A stretch of DNA of 64,000 nucleotides, from positions 124,001 through 188,000 of IMG/VR virus record IMGVR_UViG_3300014494_000005; one strand, given 5' to 3'. Positions 1 through 10,013 of the stretch are shown here, piece after piece. Within the stretch, counting starts at the first letter, position 1, and every line of letters starts with the position of its first letter. The notes beneath the pieces are model-generated. The model worked only from the letters and a program-made list of their open reading frames with translations, ran no database searches and had not been told where the DNA came from. The position numbers and the translations under genes were made by a program.

Positions 1-375
1 TCGTATTTACAAACACCATTTGTTGCACCAGTAACTGAAGTATTTAATGTGTTTTGTGTAATTGTAGTAAGACAAACATTATGACTATCGTATTTACATA
101 TACCATTTGTAGCACCTGTTAATACTGAATTAAAAACAGTACCATCAAGACAAATATTATGATTATCATATTTACAAATGCCATTTGTTGCACCAGTAAC
201 TGAAATATTTAATATGTTTTGTGTAATTGTACTGAGACAAGCATCATGACAACTATATTTTGTTAATCCACCAGTTACACCCGTTAATGTAGAATTAAGT
301 ATTGTTTGAATTGTATTATCGAGACAAACATTATGACTATCGTATTTACAAACACCATTTGTTGCACCAGTAATT
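1..375 (-). repeat. Intragenic degenerate tandem repeat, 78-87 nt period, about 5 copies visible
   Basis: Recurring tttgttgcaccagt / gacaaacattatgactatcgtatttac near 19, 106, 184, 271, 358. Confidence 0.8.
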
Positions 376-1409
376 GTAACAGCAAGTATATCTTGTGTTG
401 CATCATTAAGACTAATAATATGTGTTGTACCTGAAGTTGTAACAGTAATTCCTGTTCCTGCTTTAACATCAGTAACATGATTAAAATAAACAAATAATAA
501 TGGAGTAGTGTCAACAATTATAGGGTCATCCGTTGCTAATACCCATGAAGTATTTTTATTTGTATCACCACTTAAAACCCATGCATATGAACCAGAAACT
601 ACTTCACCACTTGGTGTACCATCGAAATCTATTGCACGTGTCCACGTACTTGCACTTGCAATCCAAATACCATTTGTTTTACCACTTGGTATAAATGGTA
701 TTTGATTTTTTATTAAAACTCTATCACCATTTAAAAGTATAATACCATCAATTGTTGATAATCCACTGAAAGGATATGTTAAATTTGTTGTAGTAGCTAC
801 TTTAACTACTTGTTTAGGTTTTAAACCAGTAACTATTTCATCCGCATATTGTTTAGTTATAAGAGAACGATTAGTGAAATAACTTTCATAATCACCACCA
901 TATTTTATACCACCATTGTCTTCATAAGAAAATGAACCACCTGAAAATAAAAAAAGTAAACCAACATTATCAATACCAAAAATAGTTGTTAAACCACTTG
1001 TAGATACTTGAAAATCGGTGAGATTTGATAAACTTATATTATGTAAACCAATACCATTAATTGTTGTTCCACTTAAAAGATTACCACCTAATGCAACTGT
1101 TGTTCCACTATTTGCAAGATGTAAACCATTTGTTGCACCAGTTAATGTACCACTTCCACTTCCAACTTTTATCCAACTACTTGTTGAAGTATAGTTGTTA
1201 GCATCACATAAATAGAATAATCCTCTATTTACACCTGAAGCAACTGAAACTACTGCACCATCATAAAGCCAAACACTACCACTTCCACACCATGTTGCAG
1301 GTAATGTTAGGTCAGCATATGTACCAACTAATTGTTTTGCATCGATAGGTGCTTTTAAAAGACCTTCGAAATTTGCTGCAAAATTAAATGTACCTATATT
1401 TCTTGACAT
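1..1409 (-). CDS. Tail fibre-like structural protein, runs off the left edge; ~29-aa Cys-containing repeats
   Basis: Not in ORF track (no stop in window). ATG at 1409 gives MSRNIGTFNFAANFEGLLKAPIDAKQ; contains VKVATT..IDG..L.NGDRVLIKNQ..NGIW..WTRA motif typical of phage fibre proteins and TGATNGxCKYDxHNxCL repeats. Confidence 0.7.
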   Translation of the reverse strand, partial: MSRNIGTFNFAANFEGLLKAPIDAKQLVGTYADLTLPATWCGSGSVWLYDGAVVSVASGVNRGLFYLCDANNYTSTSSWIKVGSGSGTLTGATNGLHLANSGTTVALGGNLLSGTTINGIGLHNISLSNLTDFQVSTSGLTTIFGIDNVGLLFLFSGGSFSYEDNGGIKYGGDYESYFTNRSLITKQYADEIVTGLKPKQVVKVATTTNLTYPFSGLSTIDGIILLNGDRVLIKNQIPFIPSGKTNGIWIASASTWTRAIDFDGTPSGEVVSGSYAWVLSGDTNKNTSWVLATDDPIIVDTTPLLFVYFNHVTDVKAGTGITVTTSGTTHIISLNDATQDILAVTITGATNGVCKYDSHNVCLDNTIQTILNSTLTGVTGGLTKYSCHDACLSTITQNILNISVTGATNGICKYDNHNICLDGTVFNSVLTGATNGICKYDSHNVCLTTITQNTLNTSVTGATNGVCKY

Positions 1410-1419
1410 ATTTTATATT

Positions 1420-3387
1420 TTAAAAAACTAATCTTATGCATACTGCGCTTCTATCAACACCATTATATGTATATCTACAATAACCAATTGAATTTCCTTG
1501 TATTGTTTCTGATGATGTGCTACAATTCCATAATGCTAATGAACTTCCTTGTGAACCACCCGGATATTCCCATTGTGCTGAAACAGTATTATATTGTTGA
1601 ACACCTACTAATGGTCTATTAGTTGGTGTACTGAGCCAAGCACATGGAATTTCAAATTTTTGTTTATTTGGACTACTATCTGAAACTAAATTCATTTGAA
1701 CATTATTTGCTGTGGTCATATCTACTAATGATTGTTTAGTTAAAACAGTAATACTTGAAGTTGTTCCAAAAAGAGGATAAACACCTACAATTGAACTGTT
1801 TGCAGCACTTGTACAACCTGCTGATAGTGCTGTACAATATTGTGTACCTTTACTACCTAAAGCAGGACTACCTGCATCATAACAAGTACAAACTCCCCAA
1901 CTTTGTGAACTTATTATAACACTATAACTTGGATTTGTTTGTATTGCAGGTGATGATGCACAACTCTGAAAACCAGAAGGCATTCCACAACCAGTAAAAC
2001 AATATGAAATTGCACAACCACTTCGTTTATCTGAACTACTACAATATTGTGGATTAATACAACCTCTATTAAATGTTCCAGTAACTGTTTGAGAAAGACT
2101 ACAACCAATTTCATATAATCCTGAAGCAGTTAATCCAATTCCAATTGAAGGTGCTGTAATTGTACCACATAATTCTGGAACTAAAATTTCTGCTAATATT
2201 TGATTTGCTGTTAAACCTGTTAATGTTGAACCAGCAGGTAAACCACCAACAGTACATACTGAAGGTGAACCATATGTATATTTTTCACTACCAGTACCAC
2301 CACTTGAATATATTACAACTGTACTACCACTTTGAATTACTGTGGTATTACCACTACCTTTAAGACTTCTAAATAATAATGAAGCACCAACTTTAGTACT
2401 ATAAATACCAGTACCAATACCAATATTAGCACCTATTGTTGTACCACCACTACTTGAAGATATGAGAATTGTACCACCATTATTTGTTACAGTAGTACCA
2501 CCTGTTCCAAGAATACTCCTGAATTGTAATGTATTTCCAGTTACACCAGTATAAATACCAATACCAATACCAAGATTTTGACCTCTTGTTAATGATGAAC
2601 CTGAAAAATATATAAAGCTATCATCGTTTGTTATTTTAATAACACCCGGATTTTTTGATTTTATTGTTCTAAATCTAAGTTCATTATATCGTATATTATT
2701 AAACACTGGATTACCTACTGTAATTGTTACACCTGTATTTAAACTACCATATGCTGTAACTAAAACAGAACCATTATATGTACTTCCACTCCATGTTGCA
2801 TTTGTAAATCCACTACCAGTATATCCAATAATTGGAACATAATTTCCAATATATGAAGTAATATCAACACTACTTAATTGCCATGCATTTAAACCTTGGT
2901 CAAATAACCATGAAACTGTTCTTGCAGAATTTATATATGCACGTCTAAGTGCCCCATGATATGTTGGTGTACCAAGTCTTACAATTCCTGAACTATCTCT
3001 ATAATAATTATTATATTCAGAATAATAATTACCAATATATGAACCAAAACCAGCACCACTTAAATTAAGTGTTTGTATACCTGTTTTTCCGCTAAAAAAT
3101 CCAATATTTGTTGCACCAGTTATTGCATTAATAATATTAACTGTTCCACCCGTAACTGTTTTTAATATCAAATTACCATCAGCAACACCATTTTTAAACC
3201 AATAATCAACATTATTAATGTTGACTGTTAATCCAATATATCTTTCACTTGAAGGAATTATTGCAATTACCTCTGTTGTTGCGGAATATGGCAATGGACT
3301 ACCACCAACTGTTCTTTCACTTAAATATCGTTTATCAATTGGTGCAGGTGCTGAAACTTTTATATTTGTATTTAATTGTGTTGCCAT
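1420..3387 (-). CDS. Gly/Ser/Thr- and Cys-rich virion structural (fibre-like) protein
   Basis: 655 aa; GxNxGxGxGIY..LxFRSxxGxG repeats; N-terminal APID motif shared with the 1409 gene; C-terminal half resembles 3390..4505. Confidence 0.6.
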   Translation of the reverse strand: MATQLNTNIKVSAPAPIDKRYLSERTVGGSPLPYSATTEVIAIIPSSERYIGLTVNINNVDYWFKNGVADGNLILKTVTGGTVNIINAITGATNIGFFSGKTGIQTLNLSGAGFGSYIGNYYSEYNNYYRDSSGIVRLGTPTYHGALRRAYINSARTVSWLFDQGLNAWQLSSVDITSYIGNYVPIIGYTGSGFTNATWSGSTYNGSVLVTAYGSLNTGVTITVGNPVFNNIRYNELRFRTIKSKNPGVIKITNDDSFIYFSGSSLTRGQNLGIGIGIYTGVTGNTLQFRSILGTGGTTVTNNGGTILISSSSGGTTIGANIGIGTGIYSTKVGASLLFRSLKGSGNTTVIQSGSTVVIYSSGGTGSEKYTYGSPSVCTVGGLPAGSTLTGLTANQILAEILVPELCGTITAPSIGIGLTASGLYEIGCSLSQTVTGTFNRGCINPQYCSSSDKRSGCAISYCFTGCGMPSGFQSCASSPAIQTNPSYSVIISSQSWGVCTCYDAGSPALGSKGTQYCTALSAGCTSAANSSIVGVYPLFGTTSSITVLTKQSLVDMTTANNVQMNLVSDSSPNKQKFEIPCAWLSTPTNRPLVGVQQYNTVSAQWEYPGGSQGSSLALWNCSTSSETIQGNSIGYCRYTYNGVDRSAVCIRLVF

Positions 3388-3389
3388 GT

Positions 3390-4505
3390 TTAACTATTTT
3401 TAAATGTTATATTATAAGGAGTACCACCAGCTATTGTACTTGTTGGATAATTACTAATGTAAAATTTATAATTTACTCCTGACCAACAAGAACTTGGAGA
3501 ATTTACTGATACTGTTGTTGGTGCATTAAATAATCCACCCGGTATTGATTCTGTATTTGTTGTTGGTGCATTTGAACCTTCCCACTTAGTTTTTGTTGTT
3601 GATGTTGCGGGAGTTGCAAGCCAAATATATTTGCTTGTAACATTATAATTTACTATGACATTACTACTACTATCAATTACACATTTAGTACCTGTTGTAA
3701 GTAATGCTGAACCAGCAGTAGGAACACTTACACTATTTCCATAAAAATATGGATATATACCACAAACAACAGCACATGATGAAATTGTATCTGCAGAACA
3801 TGTACAACCTGTCATTAAATTTCCATCACTTTTTGTAGGTGCTATTCCTGCAGTATAATCAACAACACCAAATGCAGTATTATTACCAGATGATATTGTT
3901 ATACTTGGCATTATGCATGTATTAGTTATTCCCGAATATTGATTACCACCCATATCTGTAAAAACATAACAATCAGCAACGCCTGTTCTATATTGAGTAC
4001 CACCACAATATACGGGAAATACACTACCCCTGTCAAAATTTATTGTTCCAGTAAATGCAATACTACAACCTATTTCAAAAATTGTTGTTGTTGGTGATAA
4101 TGAAAGTGAACTACTTGGCGATATTAATGTAGGATAAAGTACTGGTGCAACCATCATTTCAATTATACATGATAATTGACAACCTATAATAGGAGTATTA
4201 ATATCTAATCCACCAACAGAACATGTTGTAGGTGATGCACCATTATATATTGTCGAACCACCTGATGCAGATGATTGTGCTAATGATATTGTTTTTGTAG
4301 TATCACAATATGTTAAAACATATCCATCTGTTGAAAATGATGCACCACTTGCAGTAAGTAATACATTAGTTGGAATTGGATTACCATCAGTAAGTGTTAA
4401 ACCAGATACAGATGCTATTTGAGTCTGACCTTCTAAGGTTAGTGTACTTCCACTTAATTGCTTAAATTGAGTATTCTCTAAGTTTGGTCTTGCGAAAAAT
4501 GGCAT
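3390..4505 (-). CDS. Cys-rich virion structural protein, paralog of the C-terminus of 1420..3387
   Basis: 371 aa; shared blocks CxVGGL, FxRG, GxYPxF. Confidence 0.55.
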   Translation of the reverse strand: MPFFARPNLENTQFKQLSGSTLTLEGQTQIASVSGLTLTDGNPIPTNVLLTASGASFSTDGYVLTYCDTTKTISLAQSSASGGSTIYNGASPTTCSVGGLDINTPIIGCQLSCIIEMMVAPVLYPTLISPSSSLSLSPTTTIFEIGCSIAFTGTINFDRGSVFPVYCGGTQYRTGVADCYVFTDMGGNQYSGITNTCIMPSITISSGNNTAFGVVDYTAGIAPTKSDGNLMTGCTCSADTISSCAVVCGIYPYFYGNSVSVPTAGSALLTTGTKCVIDSSSNVIVNYNVTSKYIWLATPATSTTKTKWEGSNAPTTNTESIPGGLFNAPTTVSVNSPSSCWSGVNYKFYISNYPTSTIAGGTPYNITFKNS

Positions 4506-4506
4506 G

Positions 4507-5235
4507 TCATTTTGTATTTATTAAAATACTTATATTATTTTTTAATATTTCTGAAAGATTTTTCTTTTCAGTATATGGAATACGCAATAATTTAATATTA
4601 TTGTTTAATGCATATTCTGTTTTTAATTTATCGTTTAATTTAGTTTTTTCAAATTTTATATTACCGCCAAAATGTTTAAAAATTTTATGGTGTTGTTCAC
4701 CATCATATTCAATTAATAAATTTTGATTTGGCAAATAAAAATCAAAAAATAATTTATATTTATTATTTTTACAATCATCAAATTTTTTTTGATATTCAAA
4801 TAAAACATTATTTTCTTTTAAATATTTTATAATATTTTCTTCGCCTTTCGAATTTTTACAAATAGGACAACCTTGACTACACAAATGAGCATTAGGTTTT
4901 TGTAAAAATTCACCATGTTTTTTACAAATTATATTTATCTTTTTATGTGCATTAACATATTTTACTAATGAATAATTATACTTATTATCATGTATAATAT
5001 TTGCCTTTTCAATAAATTCCTCTATCGTTGATTTTTTACTTGGATGTGAACACTTTGAACAACCATGACCATCTAAATGGTCAAATGGTATTTGCTCAAA
5101 TATTCCATGTTTTGAACAAACTATTTTAATTTTATTTCTATTACCCGTATATTCAACCAAAGAATAATCATAAATATTATTATGTATTTTATTTGCTTTT
5201 TCAATAAATTCTAATGTAGTTAATTTATTTTTCAT
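4507..5235 (-). CDS. Putative homing endonuclease (zinc-ribbon repeats + Vsr/PD-(D/E)xK-like nuclease)
   Basis: Repeats FIEKA..IH..YDYS..I.C..HG.F.Q....HL...GC..C; C-terminal FDFYLP..LLIEYDGEQH. Confidence 0.75.
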   Translation of the reverse strand: MKNKLTTLEFIEKANKIHNNIYDYSLVEYTGNRNKIKIVCSKHGIFEQIPFDHLDGHGCSKCSHPSKKSTIEEFIEKANIIHDNKYNYSLVKYVNAHKKINIICKKHGEFLQKPNAHLCSQGCPICKNSKGEENIIKYLKENNVLFEYQKKFDDCKNNKYKLFFDFYLPNQNLLIEYDGEQHHKIFKHFGGNIKFEKTKLNDKLKTEYALNNNIKLLRIPYTEKKNLSEILKNNISILINTK

Positions 5236-5350
5236 AATCTTTGTAACTATATGACCGTACCCCTAATTACCAAAACTGAAGTTTTTGCTTCAGTTTTATT
5301 TATAATAAATACAATTAATTTAATTTAAAATCGAGATATATGTAAAATAA

Positions 5351-5379
5351 AAAACCCGTAAGAATTTCTTACGGGTTTT
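5351..5379 (-). terminator. Intrinsic terminator after the ARPP-like gene
   Basis: aaaacccgtaag/cttacgggtttt perfect inverted repeat with A/T tails. Confidence 0.8.
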
Positions 5380-5397
5380 AAATAAATAATTTAAATT

Positions 5398-6504
5398 TTA
5401 TAAAGTAAATTTTTCTTGCTTTCTAGCTTTTTTTCTCAATTCGTTAACTTCTCTATAAGCATTAGGGTCAAATTTTTCTCTTTTAACTATACTTACAAGA
5501 TGATTAAATTCATTTTCAGTAATCACTTGACCAACATAACTATTATTAGTTTCTTTTAAAACATAAGATTTTGGTGCTTTTGCAAAAGTTGATTGTCCTT
5601 CTGTATCAAGAGTTGCATCAAAAGTAAGTTCAAGTAGTTCTTGAATCTTTTCCTGAACATTAGCTGTCATATTCTGTTTTGTTTTCTTTAATGCTTTTTC
5701 AAGTAAATCAACAATATTTTCTTGATGAGTTTTTTTCATTTCATTATATGTTGAAGTAAATTCTTTTCCAGAACTTTTCTTCTTAATTTCAGAAATGATA
5801 GCCAAAGAACCATAACAGTCACGAATCATCAAATCCCATACCTGTTCAGCATATGTGAATGAAGGAAATTTGTCTATTGCAACAATTTCACCATCTATTA
5901 AAACAATAATACCAATAAGATTACGTGGACGTTCAAAATGTGCAATAAACTGTTCAAGTTTCTTATCATATTTTTCGAAATATACATTCAAGTAATTACC
6001 TGTACCAGATTGAGTATCACTACCCAATTTCTGAATAGCAGGATAAATTCTTGAATAACCACCTGTTTGTCCAATTGTATCAAATAACATTTCACGCATT
6101 GATACGGGTATCATACGAAATTCATTAGTTCCACAAAAATAACCTGTTTGTCCACCTTGTACACAACCTGCATCATGATAAGTGGTATTTGCATATTTTT
6201 CCAAATAACCCGCCTTTATCATACCATGATTTTGAGCACTTTGTTTAGTCATAACAGCCATTTGAGTAGGTACAATAACTTCTTTATTTTCTTTATTAGT
6301 AAAACTAATTTGACCATAAGTTTGATTACCTGCTTGAAGCGAAGTTAATGGATTCGCAAATCTAGTATCCAATGAGTTTTCTTCATCAGTTGTCAATGTT
6401 ATTATTGACATATTCATAATAGATTGAATAATAATATTTCCATTTGAATCTTTATGTGGTCTACATCCCTTTAAAAGTTCAGTAAATTCTCTTTGATTAT
6501 TCAT
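5398..6504 (-). CDS. ARPP-1 / DUF6569-like protein
   Basis: 368 aa; KQSAQNH...GCVQGGQ and GIIVLIDGEIVAIDKF resemble the family's KQNR...CVEQGRW and G....I.G.....D.F motifs (recognised by eye). Confidence 0.6.
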   Translation of the reverse strand: MNNQREFTELLKGCRPHKDSNGNIIIQSIMNMSIITLTTDEENSLDTRFANPLTSLQAGNQTYGQISFTNKENKEVIVPTQMAVMTKQSAQNHGMIKAGYLEKYANTTYHDAGCVQGGQTGYFCGTNEFRMIPVSMREMLFDTIGQTGGYSRIYPAIQKLGSDTQSGTGNYLNVYFEKYDKKLEQFIAHFERPRNLIGIIVLIDGEIVAIDKFPSFTYAEQVWDLMIRDCYGSLAIISEIKKKSSGKEFTSTYNEMKKTHQENIVDLLEKALKKTKQNMTANVQEKIQELLELTFDATLDTEGQSTFAKAPKSYVLKETNNSYVGQVITENEFNHLVSIVKREKFDPNAYREVNELRKKARKQEKFTL

Positions 6505-7067
6505 AATTTTTTAATTTTAATGTTATTAATTTTACATTCGTTTAAATATGCCTCATATGCTAATTTTTCATTCGAATATCTACCAATATATTTAATCTTT
6601 CCATTAATTGTAATTCTACTAACCCAAGGATTAGTTTTATCGTTTGGAGAAAATGAAACTCCAATATAATTAGAACTACTTTTCATTTTCTGTCTTGCAT
6701 GATGAGTATTTTCTCTTGCAGTACACCATTCTAAATTATTTAATATATTATCTTTTTTATTACCATTTTTATGATTAATTTGTTTATAATTAAATGGATT
6801 TAAAAGAAATGCATTTGCTACTAATTTATGTACTAAATATGCTTTATTAATACCTTTCTTACCTAATGAAACCATTAAATATCCACCATTTATTTGATAT
6901 GTATTTTTCAATGAACCTTTTAATTTTCGTTTAACACCCATTTTATTTATCACAAATCTATCAACACTTCTTAATCTACCAAAATTACTTATTTGATAAT
7001 ATCCTTCATAATCAATAACATCCTTCCATTTTTCAAATAAAAATAATTTTAATTTATCAAGTATCAT
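6501..7067 (-). CDS. NUMOD4-HNH(-AP2) homing endonuclease
   Basis: WKDVIDYEGYYQISNFGRLRS (NUMOD4); VHKLVA..F...INHKNGNKKDN..NLEWCT..EN (HNH); YIGVS...W...I...YIGRY (AP2-like). Confidence 0.9.
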   Translation of the reverse strand: MILDKLKLFLFEKWKDVIDYEGYYQISNFGRLRSVDRFVINKMGVKRKLKGSLKNTYQINGGYLMVSLGKKGINKAYLVHKLVANAFLLNPFNYKQINHKNGNKKDNILNNLEWCTARENTHHARQKMKSSSNYIGVSFSPNDKTNPWVSRITINGKIKYIGRYSNEKLAYEAYLNECKINNIKIKKL

Positions 7068-7075
7068 ACAAATTA

Positions 7076-8710
7076 TTAATCGTTTATATTAATTTTTTTA
7101 ATTCTTTTAACAGGTGCTGCTTCAAGAGCCAATACCTGATTTTCCAACCAACGTTTTGTATCAATTTCAAGCAATCTTGCATTGATTTGAGGCTGTAATG
7201 CGACTGGATTATTTATTGCCATTGTGACAACACCTTCACCCAATTTTCTTACATTAGCACCCATTTCAGCACTTGTAATTGGTGATATTTGGAACATTGG
7301 AATATTCCTACCACTTTCTGCTTTCCAAATTGAAATAACTTCATTAGTCAATCCATCATAAGCATTTTCATAACCATCTGTTAAAATAAAAATTGCATCA
7401 TATGGTTTTAAAGAATTTTCTTCTTTTAACAAATCAATAAATGATGTTGCCAAATCAGTAATTTCACCTCTAGTATTTACTCTGTTAGATTCTTTTGCTG
7501 AAGCAGTTAGAACCAATGCAGTAAAATCTGCAATAGCCATTGGTGTATTTTTTGATTCATTTTTATCACCAGTCATAGATACACTTTTATCGACAATAAC
7601 ACCAATATTCTGGTAAAAGAATCCCTGAATTTTTTTCTTTTGTGCAAGTTTTACAATTGCTGACCTAATTTCGTCAGTAAAACCATTTTCATAACCAGTT
7701 TTGTAAAGTGCAAGAAAATCAGTTGCTTTTTCCAAATCAACAGTTTTTTCAACACCCAACTTTGCAGTTGATTTGGTTTGACGAACCTGCTGATTTACAG
7801 AAGTAACTTCAACATTCTTACGAATAAGTGCTTTTGTTGCTTCTTTCTGAATATCAGTTGACCACATTGAATGATATTGTGGATGTTTTACACTTGAAAT
7901 TAAACCAAGTAAAACTTCTTCTGGTACATTTTTAATACCAGTAATATCAATTTTTGCTTTCTGATATTCACTTAAAAGAGGAAATTCAGTTGCATTATAT
8001 GCTACGCCACTATCTTTTTTAAATAAAAATAATAACAATTTGAATGCTTTAATTGAATCACCATTGAAATATTTCAATATACATTCATTTACAATACTCA
8101 TTTCTTTTTCACTTCCAAGCAAAGTTGCTCCATTAATATTTATTTGTTTTTGAGCAATTGAAAGTAATATTGATGTTTTCTTAACACCATATGCATGCCT
8201 AAGTACTTCAGCAATTTTATTACGATATTTCATTGAATAGAATTCAAGATTTGCTTGACCCCAAATAAAACCAAGCATAATTTTTCTTGTTCTTTCATTG
8301 TTTACTTTTTCATTCTTCAAATCAATGAAAAGACGTAATACATATGGTAAACCATTTTCGCCAAGATTGTTTAATGCAGAAAGTACTGCCTTATCACTTA
8401 AACCATTATCATACCAATCAATTGGATTAACAATATTACATGCTCCACCCCTTAAAGTATTTTTGAATTCATTCAAAAGTACTTCAGAAACAAATCTACC
8501 AGTAGCTCCTTTTTGACTTGCTATAATCAATGGGAGTTCCTTTGAAAGTTTATACAGGTTCTTTATTTGACCCTGAATTGCTTTCATTTGTTCGTCTTTA
8601 CTGTGATAGTAAGTTGCTGAACTTTTACTACCAGATGCAATAGTAAGACCATCAATTAATGATTGCTTAACTGTTGCCAACATTTTCTGTGTTAATACCA
8701 AATTTTCCAT
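7076..8710 (-). CDS. Divergent Ro60/TROVE-like RNA-binding protein with C-terminal vWA domain
   Basis: MIDAS VDKSVSM, TDLA, IFILTDGYEN; N-terminal SGSKSSATYY and MKYRNK...VLRHAY echo Ro60 GxxxGTYY and KYxxR..DLLRLxH; likely start MENL at 8710 (8770 overlaps upstream gene). Confidence 0.65.
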   Translation of the reverse strand: MENLVLTQKMLATVKQSLIDGLTIASGSKSSATYYHSKDEQMKAIQGQIKNLYKLSKELPLIIASQKGATGRFVSEVLLNEFKNTLRGGACNIVNPIDWYDNGLSDKAVLSALNNLGENGLPYVLRLFIDLKNEKVNNERTRKIMLGFIWGQANLEFYSMKYRNKIAEVLRHAYGVKKTSILLSIAQKQININGATLLGSEKEMSIVNECILKYFNGDSIKAFKLLLFLFKKDSGVAYNATEFPLLSEYQKAKIDITGIKNVPEEVLLGLISSVKHPQYHSMWSTDIQKEATKALIRKNVEVTSVNQQVRQTKSTAKLGVEKTVDLEKATDFLALYKTGYENGFTDEIRSAIVKLAQKKKIQGFFYQNIGVIVDKSVSMTGDKNESKNTPMAIADFTALVLTASAKESNRVNTRGEITDLATSFIDLLKEENSLKPYDAIFILTDGYENAYDGLTNEVISIWKAESGRNIPMFQISPITSAEMGANVRKLGEGVVTMAINNPVALQPQINARLLEIDTKRWLENQVLALEAAPVKRIKKININD

Positions 8711-8720
8711 AATATATAAT

Positions 8721-9551
8721 TTATTTATTAAGTGCAAGTTGAATTTTCTTTGATTTTTCAACAAAATCACGTAATCTATTTGTTACATTTTTACTCATTT
8801 CATCAGTAAGATGACCACCCTTTGCCATAAGCATTGTTTCAGCAACTACCGCAATACCTTCTAATATTATTGCTTGGTCATGTTGCATTTCATCAATCCT
8901 CATTTTCAGTTCCAAATAATCCTCAGAAACATTTTGTTCAGGATAAAACGCTTGATTTAACCATTTTAATCCTTCTTCACCAACCATAATACGTTTTATA
9001 TATTTGTTACTTTCTAATGGTTCGCATGTAAAATAACCTTTATTAATAAATTCTGGAAAAGGTTTATTATGTTCATCAAGAATTCCTCTCAAACGTAATT
9101 GTTCATAAATTTTATATCTTCCGGTCTTACAATTACTATTATTCTTCAAAACATTTGTTGCTTCACTTAAAGAAAAAACAATTTTTCTTATTTTTTCTTG
9201 TGTTGCAGTAATTCCATATTTGAACAACTCTTTTATTCTGTCATTACACCAAAAATAAAATTCTGGTGAAAGCCACTGTGCAAAAATTAAAGCAATATCT
9301 TCATGTATCCAAGTTCCTTGTGCAGATTTATCATTACCACCCTGCCTAATCATCACTAAATCAGCCGTATTGATATTCTTCAACTCGGCATATTTAGCAA
9401 TAATTCTTTGTGCAGTATCAGTTTTTAACCAAAAATTTGGTTTAACATCAAAAAGATTTGCCATTTCCGTGGCATTTATCATAACATTACTGCCTGTGAG
9501 AAATGAAATTTCATTTCCTTCAAATTCAAATTTTTTAATTTCTTCTTTCAT
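8721..9551 (-). CDS. KilA-N domain DNA-binding protein with antirepressor (ANT/KilAC-like) domain
   Basis: INATEMA...GTWIHEDIALIFAQWLSPEF; GRYKIYEQLRLRGIL..P..EFINKGYF..GEEGLKWL. Confidence 0.85.
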   Translation of the reverse strand: MKEEIKKFEFEGNEISFLTGSNVMINATEMANLFDVKPNFWLKTDTAQRIIAKYAELKNINTADLVMIRQGGNDKSAQGTWIHEDIALIFAQWLSPEFYFWCNDRIKELFKYGITATQEKIRKIVFSLSEATNVLKNNSNCKTGRYKIYEQLRLRGILDEHNKPFPEFINKGYFTCEPLESNKYIKRIMVGEEGLKWLNQAFYPEQNVSEDYLELKMRIDEMQHDQAIILEGIAVVAETMLMAKGGHLTDEMSKNVTNRLRDFVEKSKKIQLALNK

Positions 9552-9603
9552 GATATTTTAAATTGAATTTTTATATTATCAAAATCTAATTAATTTTTGA
9601 TGC

Positions 9604-9634
9604 CAAATATATAAAAAGTTTATTTAAAATCCAA
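9604..9634 (-). promoter_or_regulatory. Bacteroidota-type promoter for the KilA-N / Ro-like / HNH / ARPP operon
   Basis: Minus strand TTG (9632-34), 20 nt, TATATTTG (9604-11). Confidence 0.7.
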
Positions 9635-9676
9635 CTATTATACCAAAAGAATATCAAAATATTACAAAAAACAAAA

Positions 9677-9723
9677 AAATGGGCAAGTATTGATTAATTT
9701 CTTAATCAAATCCCCGCCCATTT
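9677..9723 (-). terminator. Terminator-like hairpin closing the ncRNA array
   Basis: AAATGGGC/GCCCATTT outer and TTGATTAA/TTAATCAA inner stems, followed by a T-run on the minus strand. Confidence 0.65.
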
Positions 9724-9755
9724 CTATTTTAGAAAAACACTTCTTTCAAATAAGA

Positions 9756-9847
9756 GAAGAAGTTTAGTTGTAATTTGGTAAGTTTGTCCCCTCTCTCACG
9801 AAGGGGATTTCATTTTTACAATTTACTGTATTCACAACAAGTTCTTC
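9756..9847 (-). ncRNA. Y-RNA-like structured RNA C (conserved stem + TCCCCT/AGGGGA hairpin)
   Basis: GAAGAA/TTCTTC and GTTGTGA/TTACAAC stems; motif AAGAACTTGTTGTGAATACAGTA shared with neighbours. Confidence 0.7.
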
Positions 9848-10013
9848 AGTATTCCTTTTTTAGAAAAAAAAGCACTTCTGCTCGAAAAACCATTTTTAAC
9901 CAATTAAATGTTAGGTGATATAATTTGTTTTTGTAAAAAACTCTGATATCAACAACTAAAAACTTGCGGGTTTAATTTGTTATTATTAACAACTTTTTAC
10001 CGCTTTATAACTT

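Noticed and set aside
8711-8770. ORF-track start 8770 for the vWA protein
   Set aside because: Overlaps the KilA-N gene by 50 nt; ATG at 8710 follows its stop with an A/T-rich leader
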